From a virus (lineage: Duplodnaviria; Caudoviricetes), in IMG/VR virus record IMGVR_UViG_3300032216_001981, positions 1 through 64,000 of that record: a stretch of DNA of 64,000 nucleotides. One strand, written 5' to 3'. Below, in pieces: positions 18,050 to 26,980 of this stretch. The notes under the pieces were generated by a model. It had not been told where the DNA came from and ran no database searches. It worked only from the letters and a program-made list of their open reading frames with translations. Within the stretch, counting starts at the first letter, position 1; every line of letters starts with the position of its first letter. Made by a program: the position numbers and the translations under genes.

Positions 18050-18360
18050 TCTGATTGTATTTTAACTTGTAGTGGAAAGCCCGAACTTCTGGCCAACAGT
18101 GTCACTTCAATGCCTTTTTGTTCTGCTAGTTCATAGGGCAGTGTTGCTACCACTGCGGAGCCTTCTTCATGCACACGTAGAGTCAATGTTTCTGCACTTT
18201 CTCTTGCATAGTTAAACACCGATGTCAGTGTTTCTATAACAAATTCCTGTGTGGTAACATCGTCGTTTACGTAAATTACATTGTAGTCGTTGGGTGTTTC
18301 CACTTGTTCGCGTGGAGCAATTCTAGGTCTTACAGAGGTTTTGGTTTTAGTGTCGGGCAT
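18046..18360 (-). CDS. clpS: ATP-dependent Clp protease adaptor ClpS
   Basis: YNVIYVNDDVTTQEFV...LRVHEEGSAVV...GFPLQV; N-degron-binding N-D-D and His retained. Start reassigned to ATG 18360. Confidence 0.9.
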   Translation of the reverse strand: MPDTKTKTSVRPRIAPREQVETPNDYNVIYVNDDVTTQEFVIETLTSVFNYARESAETLTLRVHEEGSAVVATLPYELAEQKGIEVTLLARSSGFPLQVKIQSE

Positions 18361-18376
18361 AATATATTTTATTAAA

Positions 18377-18400
18377 CAAGGGCAGTTGATTCTGCCCTTG
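18377..18400 (-). terminator. hairpin after hsp20 (probable intrinsic terminator)
   Basis: CAAGGGCAG-6-CTGCCCTTG perfect 9-bp inverted repeat followed by TTTAAT on the minus strand. Confidence 0.6.
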
Positions 18401-18406
18401 ATGTGA

Positions 18407-18862
18407 TTACTTGGTAAAAGTAATACTGATTTTCTTAGGTTGCTTTTCTTCTGGAACGATATGTTCCAAAGCAATGGCCAAGATACCGTGTTGCACAGTG
18501 GCGCCACGTACTTCTACATCGTCGGCCAAGGTAAATGTACGAACAAAGTTTCTAGTTGAAATACCTTTGTGTTGATACTCAATCTCTACTTCGGGCTTGG
18601 CTTGCTCGCCCTTGACTGTTAGTACACCATCCTTTAATTCTACATCTAATTCGCTTTCTTTGAATCCAGCAACAGCAATTTCTACCACATAGTGTGTATT
18701 GTCTAATCGAGCGATGTTGTATGGAGGATAATTACCATCTTGTTTGCTGTTGGCAAAACTGCGATTCAAGTCATCAAACATACGATCAACCCCAATGGCG
18801 TGACGATGTAGTTGTGCGTGAAATGTAGGTAAATCCAGGGCGTGAAGTGTGAAATTTGTCAT
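18407..18862 (-). CDS. small heat-shock protein Hsp20 (IbpA-like)
   Basis: YPPYNI, EIAVAGF, YQHKGISTRNF.R.F.L, HGILAIALE; AGGAG SD before ATG 18862. Confidence 0.93.
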   Translation of the reverse strand: MTNFTLHALDLPTFHAQLHRHAIGVDRMFDDLNRSFANSKQDGNYPPYNIARLDNTHYVVEIAVAGFKESELDVELKDGVLTVKGEQAKPEVEIEYQHKGISTRNFVRTFTLADDVEVRGATVQHGILAIALEHIVPEEKQPKKISITFTK

Positions 18863-18925
18863 TTTATATCTCCTTTTAAGCAAGTTTATGACTGTTAATG
18901 TGTAGCCCCACTATGGGCACTACAA
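18860..18925 (-). promoter_or_regulatory. ROSE-like RNA thermometer in the hsp20 5' UTR
   Basis: CUUGCU-UAAA-AGGAG: the U(U/C)GCU motif pairs with the SD leaving a bulged G; upstream hairpin UAGUGCCCAUAGUGGGGCUA. Confidence 0.6.
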
Positions 18926-18928
18926 GTA

Positions 18929-18936
18929 TATTTATA
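18929..18936 (-). promoter_or_regulatory. T4-type late promoter TATAAATA upstream of hsp20
   Basis: Exact TATAAATA in the intergenic gap. Confidence 0.6.
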
Positions 18937-18950
18937 CAGGAAATTTACAA

Positions 18951-19196
18951 CTAATACAACTTTTTTGGTAAACTTTCACCGGCTAATTTTTTACGCCAGC
19001 GATTTTTAGCAGCGGCCTTGGCCTGTTTGCGCCGAGTGGTGGGTTTCACATAGGTTTCACGTTCTTTTAATTCTCTCAATAACCCGGATTCTAAAACTTT
19101 TTTCTTGAATTTGCGTAGAGCTTTTTCAGCGTTGCCGTCGTGTACCACAACTGTACAACCGGTGAATTTATTGTATTTTGATTTTTCGTATGCCAT
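18951..19196 (-). CDS. rpsU: ribosomal protein bS21
   Basis: VVVHDGNAEKALRKFKKKV..SGLLRELKERE.YVKPT..RK.AK.AA..R.RKK. Confidence 0.92.
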   Translation of the reverse strand: MAYEKSKYNKFTGCTVVVHDGNAEKALRKFKKKVLESGLLRELKERETYVKPTTRRKQAKAAAKNRWRKKLAGESLPKKLY

Positions 19197-19201
19197 AGTG
19201 T

Positions 19202-20965
19202 TTATTTACCCAATACTGTCTTAACTTGTTGAATTTCTATATCTGACAGGTCGTCGATACTGTATTCTCCGGCGCTGATTTTTTCAGCTAGGAATTGAAT
19301 ATAAGCATCACTGTAGTTATACAAATCTGTAACCTTTTTATTCACTTCAATCCATTTTACATCGTTCCATTTAAATAATCTGCTGGGCTTAAAGTCCACA
19401 CGTAGGCACATGTCGCCACGACTGGGAGCATCAGGGAAACTGATGCCAAAATCTGCTGCAGGAGGACGTGCAGGCACAGTTGGTGCTGGTTCCGCCGAGT
19501 CAGGAGCTCCTGGCAATGATTCTACTAGACTGCCTCGACCTTCACCGGGGTGTGGAAATATAAAGTCCACAGTTTCCCTAGTAGATTGATCTACATTCTC
19601 TGGAACATCTATGGGATCGACCGTACCGGTTTCGTGTACTGACTGTGACTGTGATGCTATGATATCTAACTGTACCACTAATTCATCTGCACGAGCCATT
19701 TCGTAACTGTGTGCAGAAAACAATTGATCACGTTCCTGTTGCAGTGTTTCTAATTGTTGGTTTAACGATTTAATGTGCTGAGTGAGATCTTGCTCACGTC
19801 CCAGGGTGCGTAGGCACTGATCAGTTATTGAGTTGTGATCCGCTGTCAACTCTTGCAGTGCCCGTTGCGTCAATTCCAGTTCGCGAGTTGTTTCTTTTAA
19901 CTCTTGATCTTGGGTTTGTACGTATTCCACCAATAGCTCAGCATCACGTCGTGCCTGTTGTAGATCCTGTTCAAGACTTGACACACTTGGAGCGTCTGTT
20001 ACAACAGCGGCAACCACTGTGTGTTCAACTGCTTCATCATCGGCATCATCTAGGACGGTGTATTCAATTTCTCGTTTGACTTCTGCATCGGCCAATTGAT
20101 GGTTGACTGTATTGATGTCAATGGGTGGCACCGGCTCGGCGTCAAATCGAACTTCGGGGTGCGTGTTTTCTGGGACTATCTCATTCACCAACTCTTGTAA
20201 CTGGGGCTTTTCTCGATGCCACTCCAACTGTTTTAATCCCGCAATGATCAACATCAAGGCCAAGGGATCAAACACCAGCACAATCAACACAATCACCCAG
20301 CGTACTGCACGTTCTAGGCTGTCGGCACTGGTGCTGTCACTGCTGATCATTGCGGCTACATATTTTAACGGTCCAACCTCGGCTTCTACCCGACGGGCTT
20401 GTGCCGCAATCGGCGCTCGTTCCTCTGTGAGAGCGGTGATTTTTTCCTGAGATGTTGTAATGTCCGCAAGGATGCGACCACGTTCTTTCTGCTGGCTTCG
20501 GCGAATTGCAAGGGATCTACTCGCCCCCGCTTCCGACGTTGAGCGTGCCATAACTTGGTCCACAGCCTCATCCATTTGTTTGAGTTGTTTGCGATTAGCA
20601 TCTATGTTCTCCCGTTCGGTTTTGATCTTTTCATCAATGATTTCAACTTGTGCTTGTATGTTGCCAGTGGGTATGGCTTGGTCTAAGTGTGCTTTGGATA
20701 GGAATCCAAAAACACCAATGGATGTCAGCAACATTAAAAATATCAGGGCCGGTACTAGATACAGTTTGTATTGTACTCCGGCACGTTGCCAATTTTGATG
20801 CAACCAAACTGCCACCATGATTTTACCAGCTTCCAGGGTTAGGCCCATGACAATTACAGGAATAGTAGCGGCAGCAAATATAGCAGTCAATCCCAGTACA
20901 GAATAGTAGGCCGAAACAGCCGAAATGGCCATGGCAATTAATATGGTGGAGATTCCAAGTATCAT
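19202..20965 (-). CDS. membrane-anchored coiled-coil hypothetical protein
   Basis: Three N-terminal TMs, coiled coil, a fourth TM, acidic linker, conserved-looking C-terminus (FPDAPSRGDMCLRVDF..RLFKW). Confidence 0.7.
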   Translation of the reverse strand: MILGISTILIAMAISAVSAYYSVLGLTAIFAAATIPVIVMGLTLEAGKIMVAVWLHQNWQRAGVQYKLYLVPALIFLMLLTSIGVFGFLSKAHLDQAIPTGNIQAQVEIIDEKIKTERENIDANRKQLKQMDEAVDQVMARSTSEAGASRSLAIRRSQQKERGRILADITTSQEKITALTEERAPIAAQARRVEAEVGPLKYVAAMISSDSTSADSLERAVRWVIVLIVLVFDPLALMLIIAGLKQLEWHREKPQLQELVNEIVPENTHPEVRFDAEPVPPIDINTVNHQLADAEVKREIEYTVLDDADDEAVEHTVVAAVVTDAPSVSSLEQDLQQARRDAELLVEYVQTQDQELKETTRELELTQRALQELTADHNSITDQCLRTLGREQDLTQHIKSLNQQLETLQQERDQLFSAHSYEMARADELVVQLDIIASQSQSVHETGTVDPIDVPENVDQSTRETVDFIFPHPGEGRGSLVESLPGAPDSAEPAPTVPARPPAADFGISFPDAPSRGDMCLRVDFKPSRLFKWNDVKWIEVNKKVTDLYNYSDAYIQFLAEKISAGEYSIDDLSDIEIQQVKTVLGK

Positions 20966-21019
20966 AGTGAAATATTTATATAGAAGTAAACAGTATTGTA
21001 AAAGAAATTGTTGACAGAG

Positions 21020-21292
21020 TCAATCTTCTTCAAGCCTATATCCGCAGTTTGGAGGAATTGCTCCCATTCTCAACATTCTTTCGTCGGGATAACGTCTACA
21101 GCCCGGCCAACGATTGTCGTAGTTACGGCACTTGAGTGTCACAGTGGGGTCAGTGTTGTAGTATTGGCACCACTCCACTGTGTAGTTGTTGGCATCCGTG
21201 TAAACTCGAAATTGGCAACAGGCACTGCCACATCCTGCATCAGGAGTACAACTGCCCTGTACCACTGGATTGATCCAGATGATGTCGGTCAT
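21020..21292 (-). CDS. YkgJ-like Cys-cluster (Zn/Fe-S) protein
   Basis: CTPDAGCGSACC...C...C..YDNRWPGCRRYP; ATG 21292 couples (TAATG) to the upstream stop. Confidence 0.6.
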   Translation of the reverse strand: MTDIIWINPVVQGSCTPDAGCGSACCQFRVYTDANNYTVEWCQYYNTDPTVTLKCRNYDNRWPGCRRYPDERMLRMGAIPPNCGYRLEED

Positions 21293-22767
21293 TAGATCCA
21301 AGCAAAATAGGTCAAATTGAACGCTGAAGTTGTGATACCACCACCCGAACTGTTTTGCAACTGCACAGTGAGAGTGTTGACACCGGATGGGTAAGCCGCA
21401 GTCACTGCGATGCCAGCTGTCATGTCTGCCGCTGGAGTTACAACCACCTTGTGAAGGGTGGTCAAACCGGTAATAGTCATGGTGGCGTTTGTGGCTCCGT
21501 TGTTTTTGGCCACTGTGGTGGCTGGTACGCTGACCTGTCCCATTAGGAAAGTGCCCACGGAATTGGTGGAGTTGGCAACTACGTTGGAGGCGGCTCCCAC
21601 TACATTGCCACGCAAAGTGGATATCACATTGCCAGCTGTGACATTGCCCGCTGTGACAAATCCAATGTTGCTGGTTACACCCAAGGCGGGATCAATAGTG
21701 GCTGTTCTGGTGATGGTGCTGTAGGCCGGACCCGACGAATTGGCTGTGGTCCAAAATTCAATTCTACCACCTTGATTGGTGGCAGTTTGAATTTCATTGG
21801 TGGTGATGGTCATTCTAGCAGGTCCAATGTTGGCCCAACCTGCTGTGGTATATCCAACACCGGCATAGCGAATCAAGTCCACATTGCCCTGTACCGCAGT
21901 GGGCGAGGCCATGTTGCCTTCAAAGCGTCGGCCTGAAATTACATTGTAGTTGCTCAAGGTGTCGCTGTAGATTCTGGTCACCAAGTTGGCTTGTCCTGAT
22001 ACCTGCAACATAACTCCAGTGACCACTGGAGTTTGAACCAGCCCACTGGCATTGCCGGTGATGACCACTGCCCCACTGGTACTGGTCTGGTTGGATACAA
22101 TAAATGTAGACTTGCCGGTTTGAGTGCTGTTGCCGGTCATTGTGCTGTTGCCGGTCATTGTGGTGTTGCCATTGAACACGCTGAGTCCGTTGTTGATGGT
22201 AACTCCGGTAATGATTAGATTGCCTACGTGTGACGCATCACCAATGAACTGAGTATAGCCCTGATAATAGGCATTTCCTTTGAAAAAGGTGTTGCCGTTG
22301 GTGACCAAATTTCCGTTGGTTGTGACATTGCCACTGATGTTGTCGGTTTGAAATATCGGAACAGCACTTTCATTGAACCAGTTTTGTGAAGTGGTGTGTA
22401 CATGTAAATTGCCCACCAAGTTCACTGCTCCAACACCGTTGCTGATTAAATTTAAATCTTGATTGGCGTTCACTGTGCTGATGTTGGCTTGAACAATACT
22501 GAGGTTACCAATGCTCAAGGGCAGGCCCGCGGTGTTGATGGTGAGTGTGCCGTCTACGCTGACATTGGCACCGGGTCCGGCTTTGATGCCGCCCAACTGT
22601 GTGGTAGTGGCAGGTAAAATACTGACATAACGGCCACCCGGAGTAGATCCATCGCCAATTTTTAACAGGCCCGTGGCTTCATCATAAAAGAGATCGCCCT
22701 TACCAGCTAAAAATGTGTTAGCAGATACATTGGGTCGTCTACTGGCAAATAATTTTTGTATTGACAC
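21292..22767 (-). CDS. tail fibre/virion structural protein
   Basis: N-terminal GDLFYDEATGLLKIGDGSTPGG (Mtd-N-like motif); Gly/Asn/Thr-rich beta repeats. Confidence 0.72.
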   Translation of the reverse strand: MSIQKLFASRRPNVSANTFLAGKGDLFYDEATGLLKIGDGSTPGGRYVSILPATTTQLGGIKAGPGANVSVDGTLTINTAGLPLSIGNLSIVQANISTVNANQDLNLISNGVGAVNLVGNLHVHTTSQNWFNESAVPIFQTDNISGNVTTNGNLVTNGNTFFKGNAYYQGYTQFIGDASHVGNLIITGVTINNGLSVFNGNTTMTGNSTMTGNSTQTGKSTFIVSNQTSTSGAVVITGNASGLVQTPVVTGVMLQVSGQANLVTRIYSDTLSNYNVISGRRFEGNMASPTAVQGNVDLIRYAGVGYTTAGWANIGPARMTITTNEIQTATNQGGRIEFWTTANSSGPAYSTITRTATIDPALGVTSNIGFVTAGNVTAGNVISTLRGNVVGAASNVVANSTNSVGTFLMGQVSVPATTVAKNNGATNATMTITGLTTLHKVVVTPAADMTAGIAVTAAYPSGVNTLTVQLQNSSGGGITTSAFNLTYFAWI

Positions 22768-22780
22768 TGATCAGGTTCCG

Positions 22781-23116
22781 TTAACCTTCGTAGGGTTCAT
22801 CTTCGTCGGCAACAATGGCAGTAATGACGGGGATTCCGGCATTGCGTCGCATAACGCTCATTTCGTCTTCGGCATCAACTTCAACAGCATGGTCAGATGT
22901 GGCTTCTCCGGCCAATCTCTTCATGAGATCCAACTTCTGTTGCAAGGGAGCCACCATGCTTCGGGTATTAATAACACTGCTGTTTTCGCCGTGTTCAACT
23001 TCTTGCTCCGCTGAATACAACTCTGCACGTTGATCTTGGTGCGGAATTGATGTGGGCTCATCCTGAGCTCCGTCTACTACATCGGCTAGTTTGCGTAGAA
23101 TTTCTGCTATGTTCAT
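22781..23116 (-). CDS. hypothetical acidic protein, possible internal head protein
   Basis: MNIAEIL N-terminus; acidic, low complexity. Confidence 0.6.
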   Translation of the reverse strand: MNIAEILRKLADVVDGAQDEPTSIPHQDQRAELYSAEQEVEHGENSSVINTRSMVAPLQQKLDLMKRLAGEATSDHAVEVDAEDEMSVMRRNAGIPVITAIVADEDEPYEG

Positions 23117-23125
23117 TGTTGTCCT

Positions 23126-23440
23126 TTAACTTGCGATGTACCGTTGACCATCACCTACAAATCCTCTAGAGTTGACAGTGCCGATTTGTGTAACTGTGAT
23201 TGCTGTTACCGCACCGCCTACAGGAGCAACAGATAAAAATCCACCAATGTTACCATTGGTGATCATGTTGATATCAGTTGGACGATTTGCGGCTATCATT
23301 GGACCAACGTTGGCAGTGGTGCTGGCCAAAGCACTGATGGCATAATAACAAGCATTATTGGCCACCACTTTGACACGAGTGCTGGTAATGACCGCGGTAT
23401 TTGCCACAGTTGTTGTTTGAAATGTATATGATGTTGCCAT
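23126..23440 (-). CDS. small structural-type protein
   Basis: Thr/Ala/Val-rich 104 aa; TATAAATA at 23472-23465 and AAGGA SD upstream. Confidence 0.6.
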   Translation of the reverse strand: MATSYTFQTTTVANTAVITSTRVKVVANNACYYAISALASTTANVGPMIAANRPTDINMITNGNIGGFLSVAPVGGAVTAITVTQIGTVNSRGFVGDGQRYIAS

Positions 23441-23473
23441 GCTAAAATTCCTTAATTATAGTGTTATTTATAC

Positions 23474-23506
23474 AAAAAAGAAAAACCCACTTGAGGAAAG
23501 TGGGTT
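23474..23506 (-). terminator. intrinsic terminator
   Basis: AACCCACTT-5-AAGTGGGTT followed by a U-rich tract on the minus strand. Confidence 0.75.
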
Positions 23507-23526
23507 CCTGATGGCACACTCGGGGG

Positions 23527-23709
23527 TTATTTCAGCTTCATTACATGTTCAAGTATGGCCTGCACATCAGGAAAACCTTGACTTTCTTTGGTAGCCACCA
23601 CAGATTCAATCATGTCCTGTTGTATTTCGTGCAGTCCTGCCACAAAAGAACCAATTTGATCTCGGGTCAGTGTCATACGCAACACGTTGTATCGTTTATT
23701 TTCTTCCAT
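23527..23709 (-). CDS. hypothetical protein
   Basis: 60-aa ORF coupled to the upstream ORF. Confidence 0.6.
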   Translation of the reverse strand: MEENKRYNVLRMTLTRDQIGSFVAGLHEIQQDMIESVVATKESQGFPDVQAILEHVMKLK

Positions 23710-24053
23710 TATACTATTAGCCTTTGCTCTTGTCCCAGTCGGTTGCTGTAAATTTTAATTCCGCGGTGTCGAACCAGCTCGGCCGAACCCTGTGGGTCGT
23801 TATGAAACATTTCTTTAACATCTTCTTCGGTAATATCCGATTCCACATCTAAAAAATATATTTCGTAATTACGATGTTCATTGGCACGAGCCCGTGCCAT
23901 CAAACTCCACATTATTCGTTGAACTGTGTGCCCGGGCGTTTTATTCTGTAAAATGTCCCATGTTCTTTCTTGGTCAACATGAGTGACATTGAGCACTGAC
24001 TCTATGCCCATGCAGTCCCAACTCAGTATGAATCGATTGGCACCGTCGCTCAT
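23709..24053 (-). CDS. hypothetical protein
   Basis: 114-aa ORF, ATGA-coupled. Confidence 0.7.
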   Translation of the reverse strand: MSDGANRFILSWDCMGIESVLNVTHVDQERTWDILQNKTPGHTVQRIMWSLMARARANEHRNYEIYFLDVESDITEEDVKEMFHNDPQGSAELVRHRGIKIYSNRLGQEQRLIV

Positions 24054-24298
24054 TCAACCTCTCCAAAGTGCACCTTGCCAAAGTGGTCTTTCAATTCTTC
24101 TACACAATCTTCTGCAGATCCGCACCCACCGTCATGAACTTCTTCACATAGGGCTATACATTTTTTCACAATCAACTCGGCGAACTTTTCAAGGCCCTCT
24201 TCAGTGAAGCCGTAGATCTTTTGCTGACGACCATCTACGATTTCATAGTTGTCAAATAAGAAAGTTTTCTTGACTAGTTTTTTTATTTGTTTTTTCAT
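24050..24298 (-). CDS. small phage protein, 'EKFAELIV' family
   Basis: Start ATG 24298 (ATGA overlap); LEKFAELIVKKC...LKDHFG. Confidence 0.65.
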   Translation of the reverse strand: MKKQIKKLVKKTFLFDNYEIVDGRQQKIYGFTEEGLEKFAELIVKKCIALCEEVHDGGCGSAEDCVEELKDHFGKVHFGEVE

Positions 24299-24510
24299 TC
24301 CGCAACTCCAAATTGGTCCAGCAATTCCTGGCCAACACCAATGGGTTGATCCAAGGCCATTACACATTGTTCATCGGCAATTTCAGCACATTCCGCCACA
24401 ATCAATTGGGCAAATTTTATTTCCATAGGAGTCAGTGCTTCTTCGCTGGGATACTTGAGACCTGCTCGCTTGGCAATTGCCAAGATTCGTTGGTGTATGT
24501 TATCTGTCAT
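24295..24510 (-). CDS. small phage protein, 'EKFAELIV' family
   Basis: IKFAQLIVAECAEIAD...LLDQFGVAE. Confidence 0.65.
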   Translation of the reverse strand: MTDNIHQRILAIAKRAGLKYPSEEALTPMEIKFAQLIVAECAEIADEQCVMALDQPIGVGQELLDQFGVAE

Positions 24511-24521
24511 GTTCGGCTCCT

Positions 24522-24848
24522 TTAATTTGCAAGTCTATATACTTCACCAGTTAAAGCATCCACTACTATGGCTCCGGCTCCAAAAGCCGCCCGCATTTCA
24601 AATAATTCTTCTGCACTTGGTGCTCGACGATTTTTGCGATACTGTTCAATTGCAACACGGTCTTCCGCTACACGTTGTTCAACACTGTTGCGGAGTTCTT
24701 GAGCAGTGATCCAACCAGCATCCACAAAATTCTGCAACATGTCCTCAAACGGGATTCTATCGTTGCTGTTCCAGCGAATCACTGCACCTGTTGCTGAATT
24801 GGTTTCATCAATGTAAAATTGTGATTTGTATTTTGCATCTATCATCAT
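24522..24848 (-). CDS. hypothetical protein
   Basis: AAGGAG SD before ATG 24848; C-terminal EELFEMRAAFG..VVDALTG. Confidence 0.7.
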   Translation of the reverse strand: MMIDAKYKSQFYIDETNSATGAVIRWNSNDRIPFEDMLQNFVDAGWITAQELRNSVEQRVAEDRVAIEQYRKNRRAPSAEELFEMRAAFGAGAIVVDALTGEVYRLAN

Positions 24849-24876
24849 CAGCTCCTTTTGTTTAACTATACATATA

Positions 24877-24905
24877 TTATAGCAAACCCTGAATTCTGGG
24901 TCAAC
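24877..24905 (-). promoter_or_regulatory. sigma70-type early promoter
   Basis: TTGACC-17-TAATAA. Confidence 0.5.
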
Positions 24906-24912
24906 CAAACTG

Positions 24913-25131
24913 TTAATTGCGATCTACAGGCAAACACTGGTAATCACGCTGATATTTTACTGTAATATCAACGACTTGCATCAACTGTGGTGTTGTTGCA
25001 ACACCCGGAGCGATGGTTTTTGCTGTGTATATTGCACGTATGGCCGATTCACAGGCAGATTTTGTGGGATAGTTTCCAATCAATGCTGGATTACTGCCTA
25101 CTGTTACTGCGATAAAGATCAATGCGTACAT
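24913..25131 (-). CDS. small secreted protein with two Cys
   Basis: MYALIFIAV hydrophobic start; C...C layout like the 10875 ORF. Confidence 0.6.
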   Translation of the reverse strand: MYALIFIAVTVGSNPALIGNYPTKSACESAIRAIYTAKTIAPGVATTPQLMQVVDITVKYQRDYQCLPVDRN

Positions 25132-25143
25132 AATGTCTCCCAA

Positions 25144-25377
25144 TTATACTGTGATGAATTTCCACGGATCTTGATAGTCTGCTGTCAATCGATCCATGAT
25201 TTGTTGTTGTAAAACAGCAACATCTTCGTTGCTGACATAAAAATCGGTAGTAGGATCCCAGTACTCGCCTGCTCGCGGGTCGTAGTACAGCACAGCACCA
25301 CTGGGATAATGAAACGGACCTTCTAAACCCGCACGTGGTTGCCATTTGGCATCGTGTTGGAAAACTGTATAAGCCAT
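25144..25377 (-). CDS. hypothetical protein
   Basis: GLEGPFHYPSGAVLYYDPRAGEYWDPTTDFY. Confidence 0.7.
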   Translation of the reverse strand: MAYTVFQHDAKWQPRAGLEGPFHYPSGAVLYYDPRAGEYWDPTTDFYVSNEDVAVLQQQIMDRLTADYQDPWKFITV

Positions 25378-25406
25378 CAAAACCTCTAAATTGTTACAAT
25401 ACTACT

Positions 25407-25435
25407 ATTATAACAAAAGGGGAATTATGGGTCAA
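25407..25435 (-). promoter_or_regulatory. strong sigma70-type early promoter
   Basis: TTGACC-17-TATAAT with TG extension. Confidence 0.8.
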
Positions 25436-25441
25436 CCGCAA

Positions 25442-25663
25442 TTAATGTAGAGTTTGATCGTTGTAAACATTACTGATGTCTGTGATACCAAATACTTTTA
25501 AAATTCTAGCAATGTTTTTTGGAGTTTTGAAAGGTACGCTTTCGGGCAAGAATAGAGACTTTAGCTCACCATCGGGACCTAGTATAAAGCCATAGTCCTC
25601 ATCGGAAATTTCGGTGTCGTATAAATCATCTTCTTTGACGTCCTGCTGTGCTGTTTTGCTCAT
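25442..25663 (-). CDS. hypothetical acidic protein
   Basis: 73 aa; DYGFILGPDGELKSLFLPE. Confidence 0.65.
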   Translation of the reverse strand: MSKTAQQDVKEDDLYDTEISDEDYGFILGPDGELKSLFLPESVPFKTPKNIARILKVFGITDISNVYNDQTLH

Positions 25664-26300
25664 TGTACTGACCCTCGAGTATCTTATAATATTTAATGCT
25701 TTGTTTTTTTAATTTACTTACTACAGAATGATGTGTACCAAATGCATCACAATAGTTAGTATACATGACAGTAGATTCCAATGCAAGTGTTTTGCCAGAT
25801 CTCAACTCATGTGCCTGTTCGGCTGCCACAGTAAATGCATAAGCATCTACTTCGTCGCTGTGACCGAGATACTCCTGTAACTCCTTTGCATCTTGATCAC
25901 CACTGCTACTGCGAAAACTTTTACCCGGACGAAAATTTCTATTACGGTGTTGATGCAGATGTACATATTCATGTCCCAACACCGATGCTATATCAAAGCA
26001 CAGTTGATTCCATCTAGTGCGAGTCAAGGACTTGCCCATAACAAAATGTTTTTTCTTTTTAAAATACGCCAACTCGATTTCTATTGGAGTGTAGCCCCAA
26101 CGGTCATCACCGTAGTCGTACAGGCCTGACACTGTGATGGAATTTAACGGGCTGTTGATGGTTAGATTTGTTAAAAACACAACGTCCCGGTACGGGACGT
26201 TTCGTTCAATCAATCGTGTGATGGCCGCTGGAGCAAACTCACGACCTTTATAGGCATCATACAGTGCTTCCAGTCGATCCAGCAGTTGAAAATAGTTCAT
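25626..26300 (-). CDS. zincin-like metalloprotease-motif protein
   Basis: LGHEYVHLHQ (HExxH) plus downstream YLGHSDEVDAYA (third-ligand Glu). Confidence 0.6.
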   Translation of the reverse strand: MNYFQLLDRLEALYDAYKGREFAPAAITRLIERNVPYRDVVFLTNLTINSPLNSITVSGLYDYGDDRWGYTPIEIELAYFKKKKHFVMGKSLTRTRWNQLCFDIASVLGHEYVHLHQHRNRNFRPGKSFRSSSGDQDAKELQEYLGHSDEVDAYAFTVAAEQAHELRSGKTLALESTVMYTNYCDAFGTHHSVVSKLKKQSIKYYKILEGQYNEQNSTAGRQRR

Positions 26301-26980
26301 TAGTGTCTATCAGTATAAAATGAATGTCCGCCAATTTTAGCAATCCATGACATGGTGTTGCTCCACACAGGTCTTACACCATTGCTGTGAAAGTACAGTG
26401 CATTGTTGTATTTAATTCTATAATCTTCATAGCCATTATTTAATAACTCTTGTGCCACGCGACGGCTCTCTTCCCATGCGGGATTTGACGCACGTGGTAC
26501 TCGTACAAATGCACATACCCACGAAAACTGACACACGGGTACATAATTGATCACTGTGCGATTTTTTGTCACGGTTTGTGTTCCACCAAATGATCCAGTT
26601 TGTACTATCTCTGCTTGTGGTATCACGGTGCTGCGAACTGTCACTGTGCGTTGCTTTACCACTGCACAGATTGTGTTTCCAAATCTGCCATCACGTACAC
26701 GATTGATGGTGACTATGCCCACTGCCACTTTGCCTTCCTCGCTTTCGCCGTTGGCTTCAAAATAAATGTTTCTAGTTAAACATTCTTCATCTTGTGGTGT
26801 CACTGTGAATGTGACCCAGGGCTGGGTCAATGTGCGGACTAGAGATTCAATTTGATCGCGTCCTTGATTGATAAAACTGCTTGCCACTGTTATTTCTTTT
26901 GCTTCTACTTCTTCTGCATGACCGGGTGCCATTACGGTCAGGGCTAATACTGCAACGATGATATTTGCTATCGTTCTCAT
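26300..26980 (-). CDS. SleB-family cell wall hydrolase
   Basis: Signal peptide; CLTRNIYFEANGE, VTINRV, ICAVVKQ, CQFSW, ALYFH, IGGHSFY. Confidence 0.88.
   Translation of the reverse strand: MRTIANIIVAVLALTVMAPGHAEEVEAKEITVASSFINQGRDQIESLVRTLTQPWVTFTVTPQDEECLTRNIYFEANGESEEGKVAVGIVTINRVRDGRFGNTICAVVKQRTVTVRSTVIPQAEIVQTGSFGGTQTVTKNRTVINYVPVCQFSWVCAFVRVPRASNPAWEESRRVAQELLNNGYEDYRIKYNNALYFHSNGVRPVWSNTMSWIAKIGGHSFYTDRH

Noticed and set aside
18901-18924. hsp20 upstream inverted repeat as a CIRCE operator
   Set aside because: It does not match TTAGCACTC-N9-GAGTGCTAA and is better explained as the 5' hairpin of a ROSE-like leader.
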